Source of the DNA: an uncultured bacterium
Lineage (GTDB): Bacteria; CSSED10-310; CAZUFC01
Direction of reading: 5' to 3'
Length of the DNA: 21,363 nt
Assembly (NCBI GenBank): GCA_964619725.1
Contig: CAZUFC010000132.1
Coordinates: 1 to 21,363, forward strand
The position numbers were made by a program, and so were the translations under genes. Numbering within the stretch: the first letter of the stretch is position 1; each line of letters starts with the position of its first letter. Below the pieces are notes generated by a model. That model saw nothing but the letters and a program-made list of their open reading frames with translations. It was not told the DNA's origin and did no database searches. Below, in pieces: positions 1 to 11,100 of the stretch.

Positions 1-11
1 TCAAAAACCGC

Positions 12-66
12 AGTGACTGTCCAGCATTAAATTTTGAATCGACAATCGAGTTTATTGACAGGCACT
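12..66. repeat. 55-bp MITE/REP-like palindromic element, copy 1
   Basis: AGTGACTGTCCAGCATTAAATTTTGAATCGACAATCGAGTTTATTGACAGGCACT. It has imperfect 12-bp terminal inverted repeats and is 53/55 identical to 21309-21363. It overlaps the TAG stop (65-67) of the minus-strand CDS. Confidence 0.85.
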
Positions 67-1480
67 AATTATTTTTTCTTCTGACGAAAAGGGCCGTCAT
101 AAGAGTAAGAATAAAGGCGATTCCGACATGTGAGAAAGCGGGAACAGGAGCCTGAGTGGGAACGATAGTCGGTGTGGGGCTTTGATAGGGTATTTCGGTA
201 GTAGCGGGCGTTTGTGTGCAGGTCGGCGTAGCCGTGGGCGTGTCGGTAGGGGATTGAGTAACCGTGGGACTCAGTGTCGGCGATTCGGTGGGAGTCAGGG
301 TCGGTGAGAGCGTGAATGTCGGACTTTGGGTAGGAGTCAAGGTGGGCGAATGTGTAGGAGACGATGAGGGCGAAAGAGTGGGAGTCAGTGTGGGGGAAAG
401 AGTTGATGTAGGGCTGGCGCTGGGTGTAAGGGTCGGAGTCCAGGTAAAAGTGGGCGAATAAGTCGGTGAAAGGGTCGGCGTTTTTGTTGGAGTTCGGGTG
501 GGCTGGGGCGTTGGCGTGGGAATTGAGCATGTATGGTAATAAATCTGCTGGTCTTCATACATCTCATCATGCAAACCGTCCCAATACTTCCAGGCTATCG
601 TATAGGAAGCCTGGTTATTGTATATCTGAAAGTCGCTGATGTTCAGGTAGTAAATCTGATCGCCCCAGGTATGGTCTGCTGTAAGCGTTTTGGAGCCGAT
701 TAGAGTTGCCGATCCGCCGAAATAACTGTAATAAGCGTATACAGCCTCGATGGTATCCCCATGAAGTCCGTCATAATAATCCGAGTCAATGGAAAAATAA
801 GCGCCTCCGCAGGTCTCGTTAATAAAAAACTCACTGATGGTGAGATCGTAAATATGATCGTTCCAGGTACCGTCGGCTGTCAGGGTTTTGGATGCGATTT
901 CATTCGCTGTCGAACCGTTGGAACTGTAATAAGCGTGTACCGACTCAATGTTGTCTTCATGAAGTCCGTCATAAAAATCCGTATCGATTGAAAAGTATAC
1001 GCCCTGGGAAGTCGTGTTAACGTAAAATTCGCTTATGTCGAGAACGTAGATATGATCGTTCCAGGTGCCGTCCGCCGTGAGCTGATAGGATTTGACTGTG
1101 GCGGGACTGCTGCCGTTCGCGCTGTAATAGGCTGCTGCCTTTTTAATCCTGTCTCCGTGAAGTCCATCGTAAAAATCCGTGGTGATGCTCCAGTAATTTC
1201 CCGGACCGCAGTCGTAAAAAGCGTCGATGGTCACTTCATAAATATGATCGTTCCAGGTGTCGTCCGCCACAAGTTGAACAGTCTGAATCACCGTCGTGTA
1301 ATAAAGGACGTTGACGCCTTGAACTAAATCATTCCCCTGATAGTAACTGAAATACTCATACGAGTAGCCGAACTGATTCGAATGTCCTTCTTTCGCCGGC
1401 GCTGCGAATGCGGTCGGGAAGAGCGAAAAAATGAGAGCTGTTCCGACAAGGCAAAGAATAAATTTTCCGGAAATTTGCAT
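65..1480 (-). CDS. Secreted/surface protein with four ~65-aa repeats of unrecognised family, a Pro/Thr-rich stalk and an IPTL-CTERM-like sorting signal
   Basis: 471-aa ORF with a GAGGAGGT RBS (1487-1494) 6 nt before the ATG. Sec-type signal peptide ending ...PTAFA. Repeats span aa ~69-318, the PT/S-rich linker aa ~321-445, and the C-terminus is [26 protein letters not shown]. Confidence 0.9.
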   Translation of the reverse strand: MQISGKFILCLVGTALIFSLFPTAFAAPAKEGHSNQFGYSYEYFSYYQGNDLVQGVNVLYYTTVIQTVQLVADDTWNDHIYEVTIDAFYDCGPGNYWSITTDFYDGLHGDRIKKAAAYYSANGSSPATVKSYQLTADGTWNDHIYVLDISEFYVNTTSQGVYFSIDTDFYDGLHEDNIESVHAYYSSNGSTANEIASKTLTADGTWNDHIYDLTISEFFINETCGGAYFSIDSDYYDGLHGDTIEAVYAYYSYFGGSATLIGSKTLTADHTWGDQIYYLNISDFQIYNNQASYTIAWKYWDGLHDEMYEDQQIYYHTCSIPTPTPQPTRTPTKTPTLSPTYSPTFTWTPTLTPSASPTSTLSPTLTPTLSPSSSPTHSPTLTPTQSPTFTLSPTLTPTESPTLSPTVTQSPTDTPTATPTCTQTPATTEIPYQSPTPTIVPTQAPVPAFSHVGIAFILTLMTALFVRRKNN

Positions 1481-1555
1481 AACAATACCTCCTCAAAAAA
1501 AAATTACCCCTTCTATGAGAAATTCCCTCAACAAACAAATGAGAAAATCATATTC

Positions 1556-1586
1556 AGTATAACAGCAAATGTCTTTGATTTCAAAG
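1556..1586 (-). promoter_or_regulatory. Putative sigma70 promoter for the 471-aa gene, with an overlapping palindrome
   Basis: On the minus strand: TTGAAA (1584-1579), a 17-nt spacer, then TATACT (1561-1556) with an extended -10 TG. The inverted repeat CTTTGA-TT-TCAAAG (1573-1586) covers the -35. Confidence 0.55.
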
Positions 1587-2123
1587 GGTGAGTTTTATTT
1601 TTCGAAAAGTAATTTTCCGGGACTGATTAAACCGGGGGTTAACTTCAGCGCTCCTGATAAGGACAACCTAACATATTGAAATAAATTGATTATTTCACAC
1701 TGAATCTTGGCATAATAATTGTTCAGTTTTTTGCCCGCCCTAAATCCAGTAAAAGTGCGTTGATTTAATCGAAATTCGATGCGAACCATGGAAATAAGAA
1801 AAGATTATGAGAGATGATGCCTAATGATTTTTTAAGCGCTTTAATTTTCAATTAAATCAACGGACCTGCAAGCGGGGGGACTTTGTTTTACTTGATTTTT
1901 TTTGATCGGTCGTTTATCTCACGATTGCAGTAACCGAAGCAAGACATTCGCTGCTGTTTTCAAGGAACGGCAAAAGAGCTTATCGCCTTAAAATTTTTTG
2001 AATGAAATTTTGACTTATGAAATCTGATTCATTATGAAAATAAGAACGATTCTCTTTATCTGGAGAATAATGCACGTCTTACTTCACATAAAAAAAATCA
2101 AAAAAAATCATGGGAGGTTGTTC

Positions 2124-5100
2124 ATGAATAAGGGATCGGCTTTAATTTTCCTGCTTGTCGCGTTTTATGTTTTTTCGGGGATATTTATAACGTCGGAGGA
2201 TGTTTTCTGCGACAGTCCCCGGATTGAGGGAAAAGAATTATCATTATCGCAGGAAGCGATGGATGATAAAACGGGGGCGACGAAAATAGTTGGAAAAGAG
2301 GGGTCAGCAAATCGGGGAACGGTAGCGCCCCCGGTATTCGACGAAAGGGTATCGATTCGGCGTAAAACCTGCAGCCTGGAATGGACGACGTGGATGGACA
2401 CGTTCATTCAGACGGAAGATTGGGATTCAGACGGATTGATCGACATAATAGTTGGCCGGAGCGACGGCAAGATACAACGTGTTTTGAATGACGGGACTCA
2501 GACGGAACCGCATCTGAAATGGGGTTATTACATATCGGATAATTCCGGCAACATAGACGTCGGAACGGATTCGGCGCCGTTCTTTTTCGACTGGAATGCG
2601 GATGGGAGGAAGGATTTGCTGATAGGGGCAAGCGACGGAACAGTAGAATATTACCAGAATCAGGGTTCTGCATCATCGCCGTCGTTTACCGGCGGCTCGG
2701 ATTTACAGGCGGGCTATGGAACCCTGGACATGGGCTTCAACTCGCGCCCCTTTGCCGTAGACTGGAATAATGACGGCAAAGATGATCTCCTTGTCGGTTG
2801 TAGCGATGGAAACGTAAGATTATTTTTAAACGTGGGCTCTCAGAGTACGCCCTCTCTGGACGGCGGGACGGATTTAGCTGTCGGTTATGAAGCGATTGAC
2901 GTCGGTTACGGATCGACTCCATGCGTTACAGACTGGGATGCAGACGGCAAAAAGGACTTGCTGGTTTCAAGCATTTATGACGGCAGGATACTTTATTACC
3001 GAAACACAGGTACGGATGCGAATCCCTCATTCAGTTCCGAGGAAGTATTATTCGATAAAGATGATGTTCTGACGGTGCCTCAATTATCGACATACGGATG
3101 GAGCGTAACGGATTTAAACGGGGACGGTGCGGATGATATAGTCGTTTCTACGCCTTGCAGCGCCTTGATTTATTATCCCAACAAAGGGACGAATACGAAT
3201 CGCATTTATGAAGAAGCGCTGTATCTTCCCGGCAGGGATACCAGTCCCATGTTCGGGAACGACAAGGCTTTAAGGGTAGTGGACTGGGATGAGGACGGCC
3301 GCAAAGATTTATTTCTGGATGCGAGTTTTTATGGCCGTCATTATGTAATTTTCAATACGGGAACGGATGGTGTTCCGGAATTCACGCGTCAATTGGCGCT
3401 GACAACGACGTCGGACCTGATGCTGGGTTTTCACAACAACAATTATCAGAGTCCTGAAGTGATGGACTGGGACAACGACGGCAAGAAGGACATATTGATA
3501 ACCGTGCCGGATTATGACGGATTCGGTGATATTTATCTGTTTTTAAACACGGGCGAAAACTACGCTCCTGAATTTGGAAATCCTCAAAAGCTGACATCGG
3601 GTTATATAGATATAGGTCCCGAGCGTACGACGGGTATAGAGATAGCGGATTGGGATTCCGACGGCAAGAAGGACCTACTGTTGGGCAGCGATCAATATAT
3701 GCCTTCTTTCGGCTTTTATGCATATGTTTGTTTGAATGAGGGAACGGATGCGGACCCATCATTTTTATCCTGGACGAAGCTTGAGTACGGCGGATATGGA
3801 TACGCCATACCCATGAACGGACAGAGCAGTCCGCATGTCTGGGATTATGAAGAAGACGGCGATCCGGACATATACATTTCGACGCGCGACGGATACGGCA
3901 AGCTTCGTGAGTATACGAATACGGGAACGCCTGGTGCGCCGCATCTGGAAGACGGGGGTTATTTACAAGCTGGATACGGTTATGTGGAGAGCGAGTGTTT
4001 GCCGTATACGACGGTATGCGATTGGGATGAGGACGGGAGAAAAGACATCCTGGTGGCCGAATGTCCCGGACTTTATTTATATCCCAATATCCAGTCGGGG
4101 ACGTCATCGCCTGGTGAAGCGACGGGATTCGCTGTTCAGAATGTAAGCGCAAATTCGGTTTCAATGATCTGGACGAATCCTTCCGACGTGGATTTCGAAG
4201 GCGTTCTTATATTCCGATCAACCTCGACCATAACCTGGAAGCCGTCGGACAGGCAGCGGTATCACGTGGTTCCAGGGGTGGAGACGGCTCCGGGCGTAGA
4301 ACTGGTATACAAGGGAGCCGACGATCATTCTTCTGTCCCCTGGACGGATTCGGGGTTGAGTTCTGGAGTAACCTATTACTACAGGTTGTTTGTTTATGAT
4401 GCGGTGTTGCCGGCTTATTCGGTGAACGGAGTTGAAGTCAGCGCGTTGACGGGAGGCAATACGGCGACGCCGACGCCCAGTCCTTTGCCTTCGGATACGC
4501 CGGAGGCGACTGATACGCCGACTGCGGGACCTGCAGGACCGCCGGAGTTCGGCGCGCGGACAGAGATAAAACTCAAGGCATATAGACTTCGGGATGAGGA
4601 TTGGACGAGTTATACGCCTTTCCTGACCGATTGGGATTTGGACGGCAGGATGGACCTCCTTGCAGGCAATGCAGACGGATATCTGCACATATGCATGAAC
4701 GAAGGAACCGTGACGGAGCCGCATTTTGCCGATTCCACCTTTGTCGAGGCTGCATATTCCGACATAGATGCAGGGGCTCATGCCGCTCCCCAGCATTTCG
4801 ACTGGAACGCCGACGGCAAGAGAGACATGCTGGTGGGGAACAGTGACGGCAGGGTGAACTACTATCGTAACCAGGGTCTGGACGATGCCCCGTCTTTTGC
4901 TGACGGAACGCCGTTGCAGGCAGGCGGGGCCAACCTGGACGTGGGTTCCTATTCCAGCCCCTTTGCGTTCGACTGGAACAACGACGGCAAAGATGACCTG
5001 CTTTCAGGCGCGAGCGACGGACGCGTATGGCTTTTCACGAATACGGGCTCTCAGACGTCGCCTAACCTCTCCTCAGGTTCGACGCTTGCCGTCGGATATC

Positions 5101-8100
5101 AGACTATCGATACGGGAAGTTATTCCAAGCCCTGGGTCACGGATTGGAACGGAGACGGAAAACATGACCTGATCGTTTTCGGTTACGTCAATTACCAGCG
5201 GCTGCGAATGCTGTATTACGAAAATATCGGTTCCGTTTCCTCACCGCAACTAGCCGAAGGAGTCGAGATATACAATGAAAATTCTGCAGTTATTCCCACC
5301 CGGTATACAGGTTGGACTTTCGGCGATATAAACGGAGACGGCGCTGAGGACCTGTTCTGCATATCGAGAAACAGCGCGGCTTACTTTCATCCAAATCACG
5401 GAACCAATACCAATCGTATTTACGAGGAGGCCCTGTATGTTCCGGGAGATGAACCGACTGTCTTTTTAGACCCGCATACGGTTCCTCATGTAATAGACTG
5501 GGATGAGGATGGAGCTAAAGACCTTTACATAAAAACCGGTTGGAATTCGCCGTTATACATCTTTTTCAACACGGGGACGGACGCCTCGCCCGAGATATCG
5601 AAACATCTGCTGCTGACGACGACCGACAGCAGGTTAGGCTACCGTTTCGGCGATTATCAGAGTATAGGCATTATAGATTGGGACAATGACGGTAAAAAGG
5701 ACCTGCTTATATCGGCCGAGGACTGGTCTGAAAACGGCGACGTGTATCTTTACCTGAATACCGGTGAAAATTATGATCCCGAATTCGACGCTCCTGAGAA
5801 ACTGACTGCCGGTTATGTCGATTTGGGGCCTAAGGCGATCAGGGGAGTTGATGTCGGCGACTGGAATGGTGACGGTAAGAAGGATTTGCTCCTTGGAACC
5901 AATACGGGCCACTATCAAACCGGTTATTACCAGTACGTGTATATAAATGAGGGTACGGATGCGGCGCCGGAATTTTCGACAGGCACGGTTTTAAAATATC
6001 GGGACGGCGGATATGAATTCATCATACCCGGCGACTGGAATTCATGTCCTCATATTTGGGATTATGAAGAAGACGGCGTACCGGACATCGTAATAGCGGC
6101 GAAACCTGAGTATGAAAGAATAAAAAAGTTCAACAATTACGGTACCGCTGCGGCGCCGGTTCTTCATGACGACGGGTATATCGAGGCTGATTACGGATAC
6201 ATCGATAATAATTGCATTATGCACTTTGACGTGGCGGATTGGGATGAGGACGGCAAGAAGGACATCATAGTCGGCGACTGTCCGGGAATGTTTTATTATC
6301 CCAATACACAGGCTGCCGTGACGTCTCCGCATGAAGTATGGGGAATGTCGGCATCAGGCGCATCGGAAACTTCCGTCAGCCTGAACTGGAATTATCCGAA
6401 TGATGTCGATTTAGCAGGCGTTATAATTGCCCGATCAACGTCGCCGATCGAATGGAAGCCTTCGGACAGGCAGCATTATCACGTGGTTCCCGGCGTGTTC
6501 GTATCTCCGGGAGTCGAAATAGTCTACAAGGGCGCCGGCGATTATTCCTCGACGCCCTGGACGGACGGCGGATTGACTGAGGGAACAGAATATTACTATC
6601 GTGCGTTCACTTATGATGCCGTTTTACCGGCTTATTCTGTCGACGGAGTTCAGGTCAGCGCATTGACGTCGGGCGATACGCCGACGCCGACGGTTACCCC
6701 TTCGCCGACGGATACTGCAGCAGCGACGCACACTCCGACTCCCGGTCCTGTCGGACCCCCGGATTTCGATAATCCCGTCAAAATTGAAAGAGAAGTTTTC
6801 AAGATGCCTCAGTGGGGCAGCCGCATATGTTTTACCGACTGGGACAACGACGGAAAACTTGATTTTCTCAATGGAGTGCAGGATGGAACCGTCAAACTTC
6901 ACATGAACATAGGAACGCTGGAAGAGCCGAAGCTGGAAGAAAGCAATACGACGTTGCAGGCGGGTTACAGCACGATCGATATCGGTTTCGATGCTTCTCC
7001 CATTCACTACGACTGGAATGCGGACGGCCGGCGTGATCTTTTGGTCGGAACGGGCGCCGGCGGCGTTATGTATTACCGCAACATTGGCGCTGATGATTCT
7101 CCTGTGTTTGATTCCGGGATCGCTATGCAAGCTGGAGGCAGCACAATTAATGTGGTTAATGATGCCAATCCGTTCGCAATAGATTGGAACAACGACGGTA
7201 AGGATGACCTGATCGTTGCCGGATGGAGCGGTTACATTACATTGTTCATCAATACCGGCACTCAGAGCTCGCCAGTATTGGCTGCAGGAGAACGAATTGA
7301 GGTCGACGGCAGTCCTATAGTATTTTACTTCGATACGGTGGCCTGGGTTGTGGACTGGACGGGCGACGGCAAAAAGGATTTACTGGTTTCCAGAGAAAAC
7401 GGAGATGATCTTTACCTTTATGAAAATGAAGGGACCGATGCGGCCCCCGTTTTTAATCAACGAACCACATTGTACGACAGAAATCATCCCGTTCTGGTCA
7501 ATCGCTGGTTTTTCGCAGATATTGACAACGACTCACTGGACGATTTGATCAGTACGCAATCGCTGTTCTTGATGTATTATCCCAATAAAGGAACGGAATT
7601 TGATCGAATATACGAGGAAGCGATATACATAGCGGGCGAACAGCCCTCAACCGAATTCTTCGGGCGAACGTTATCGCCGAGGGTGATAGACTGGGATGAA
7701 AACGGCGCTAAAGACCTGCTGCTTTCTTTAGGTACGTATTATTCCAGAAATTATGTGATTTTCAATACGGGCACGTCAGCACAACCTAAATTGACGGGAC
7801 AACGGTTGTTAACGACCGAAACAGGGCATTTTCTCGGATTCAGTAATTCAAACTATAACACCATTGACGTTATCGACTGGGATAATGACGGTAAAAAAGA
7901 TGTTCTGGCGACACGCAAAACGAATTCAGGAGAAGTTTATGTTTACCTGAATACGGGCGACAACTGCGATCCGCGTTTCGGAGACCCTGAAAAATTGACG
8001 TATGGTTATGTCGATATAGGACCATACAGAGTTCAGGGTGTGACAGCAACCGACTGGAACGGCGACGGCAAGAAGGACCTTCTTACGGCCTCTTCAAGCA

Positions 8101-11100
8101 GAGGATATGTTTATCTCAATCAAGGAGTTGATGAATCTCCCGTATTTACTTCAACGACGCAACTGTATTATAACGATTCCGGATATCAGTATCCGATAGC
8201 GTTCGACGGTCAGTCCTGTTCTCATGTATGGGATTACGAGGAAGACGGAGATGCCGATATTCTGGCGACGGTTTCTGGAAACAGCGACAGACTGACGAAG
8301 TATAACAATAACGGAACTCCCGGCTCCCCTTATCTCGTACAGGACGGTACTATTCCGGCGGCTTACGGTTACGTTCACGGCAAAAACGGTTTGATTCCGG
8401 CCGTCAGCGATTGGGACGAAGACGGCCGGAAAGATTTGATTATAGGATGCAGGAACCTGCTATACTTCTATCCTAATACGCAGGCAGATCAGAGTTCTTC
8501 AGCGGAAGTTACGGATTTTAATTCTACGGGCGCATCGGATTACACCGTAAGCATGACTTGGATAAATCCCGGAATAAACGATTTTGCGGGAGTCATCATC
8601 GTCAGGTCAACGGAGACGATCACCTGGCGGCCTTCCGACAGGCAGCATTATCATGTCGTGCCGGGTACGGATGTTGCCGAGGGCGTTGAAGTAGTTTACA
8701 AGGGCGCCGACGATCATTCGACGGTTCCGTGGACCGATACGGGGCTGAATCCGGGAACCATTTATTATTACAGGGCTTTCACTTATGACGCAGTTTTACC
8801 GTCCTATTCCGTTGAAGGCGCTGAACTTGCCGTATTGACCAGCGGGGATACTCCGACTCCCACGCCGACCTCTCCACCGACCGATACGCCGCTGCCGACC
8901 GATACTCCGTTGCCTACCGACACGCCGACACCCGGACCTGCGGGTCCCCCGATCTTCGGCGATGAAATAGAAATTACTCGCGAAGTTTTCACGGTCGGAG
9001 GTTCAGAAAATATGCCGTGGATGACCGATTGGGACAACGACGGCAGGAAGGACCTGCTGCTGGGACGCTCCGACGGCCGGTTGTTCCTCTGCATGAACGA
9101 CGGTACGGCACAAAAACCGTCGCTCCAGACAGGCAGCTACCTGACTTCCGGCTACAGCAACATTGATGTGGGAACCATGTCCGCTCCAGTCCATTTCGAC
9201 TGGAACGCGGACGGAGATCGCGACCTGCTCGTCGGAAACGGCAACGGTAAAGTCGTCTATTATGAAAACTACGGCTCCGACAGCTCGCCGTCTTATACTT
9301 CCGGAACCAATTTAAGCGGCGGATACGGCGAACTTGACGTGGGCCAGGAAGCCCGTCCTTTCGTCGTCGACTGGAACAACGACGACAAAGACGATATCGT
9401 CGTCGGCAACAGTTCCGGTTACATTTACCTCTTTTTGAACGAGGGAACCCAGTCTTCGCCCAGCCTTGGCGCCGGCACGGCATTGCAGGCCGGCGGCAGC
9501 CCCATAGACCTGGAAGCTGATGCCCGACCCTGGGTCACAGATTGGAACGGCGACGGCAAGAAGGACCTGATAGCCTCTGGAAACTCCAATCACATCCTCG
9601 TTCTGTTTGAAAACACAGGAACGGATGCTAATCCTTCCTTCAACTCGGAAAATATCCTGTACATCAGAAACAGCAGCGTCGGTTACCTGCTGAGAACCGG
9701 TTGGGCGCTGTCCGACGTTGACGGCGACGGATATGAGGACATCGTGGTCATTACACCTCGTGATGCCGCGGTCTACCACCCCAACAAAGGAACTGACTCC
9801 GACAGGGAGTATTACGAATTTCATTTCTTCGGCGGCGGCGTTGTCGAAAGTTTGAATGCTTACGATCGTAAAGCGCCGAGGGCAGTCGACTGGGATGAAA
9901 ACGGGCAGACTGACATCATGATTCGAACGCACGGCCGCCATTATGTGGCGCTCAACACGGGAACAGACGGAGACTGGGACATGACGGGAAGCCTGGTTCT
10001 CGCTTCGGAAAACGGGCACATGTTCGCTTTCCATAACTTCGAATACAATACGCCGGAAATTGTAGACTGGAACAACGACGGCAAGAAAGACCTTCTATGG
10101 ACCGGTGAAGATGAATACGATTGGGGAGATATCTATCTGATCCGCAACATAGGCGACAATTACATGCCCCGGTTTGCAGAACCTGAAAAACTTCAGAACG
10201 GATACGTCGACCTAGGACCCGATTACGAGATTAATGCCGTTGAGATGCACGACTGGAATAATGACGGCAAAAAGGACCTGTTGATAGGAACGGGTTACTG
10301 GCACGGGCCCGGAAACTTCACTTATGTCTACATTAATGAAGGAACTGATGAAGCGCCTGAGTTTTCTTCAGGAGATAAGCTTTACGATTACTCCACAGGA
10401 TATGCCGTGCCCATAGAAGGCGCTGCGCCCTCCAGCCCTCATATCTGGGACTACGAGGAAGACGGAGACTTGGACGTGCTCATGAGCAACGATACGACCT
10501 ATCACATGCTCGTGAAATACATCAATGACGGGACGCCGGGATCGCCGCATCTGAATAATGAGGGTTACCTGGAAGCCGGCAGTTACGGATACCTGACCAC
10601 GGATCACATGTGTTTCCCGGAAGTCTGCGACTGGGATGCAGACGGCCGCAAGGACCTGATAATAGGAGATTCCGACGGCATATTCTATCATCCCAACGAA
10701 CAGGTTTCCCGGACTTCGCCCCAGGACGTGATCAGTTTTGAGGTGGCCGGCGCTTCCGACAACAGCATCAGTTTGACCTGGCAGAATCCCAACGATACGG
10801 ACCTGGCAGGGATGATCATCGTCAGATCGACGGACCCTATTGCCTGGAGGCCTTCGGACCGGCAGCATTATTACGTATTGCCGGGAATTGAAGTCGCTCC
10901 TGGTGTGGAAGTCGTTTACAAGGGCCTGGAAGACCATTCCACGGTTCCCTGGACGGATGCGGGACTGACCCCCGGGATCGTCTATTATTACCGTATCTTC
11001 ACTTACGATAAAGTCCTGCCGGCCTGGTCGGTCGACGGCTCAGAAGTTTCCGCCCTGACGAGCGGATATACGCCGACTCAGGGTCCGACATCTACGCCGA

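Noticed and set aside
69..1789. Short ORFs overlapping the 471-aa gene and the intergenic region
   Set aside because: They are off-frame or antisense readings of the PT stalk, or AT-rich sequence without protein-like features.
2034..2123. Longer start (ATG 2034) for the giant ORF
   Set aside because: It has no RBS and adds an AT-rich, Lys/Ile-rich extension. ATG 2124 has GGGAGGT and puts the signal peptide at the N-terminus.
1481..2123. Riboswitch (e.g. c-di-GMP) upstream of the surface-protein genes
   Set aside because: No convincing aptamer consensus is visible on either strand. An Rfam/Infernal scan would be decisive.
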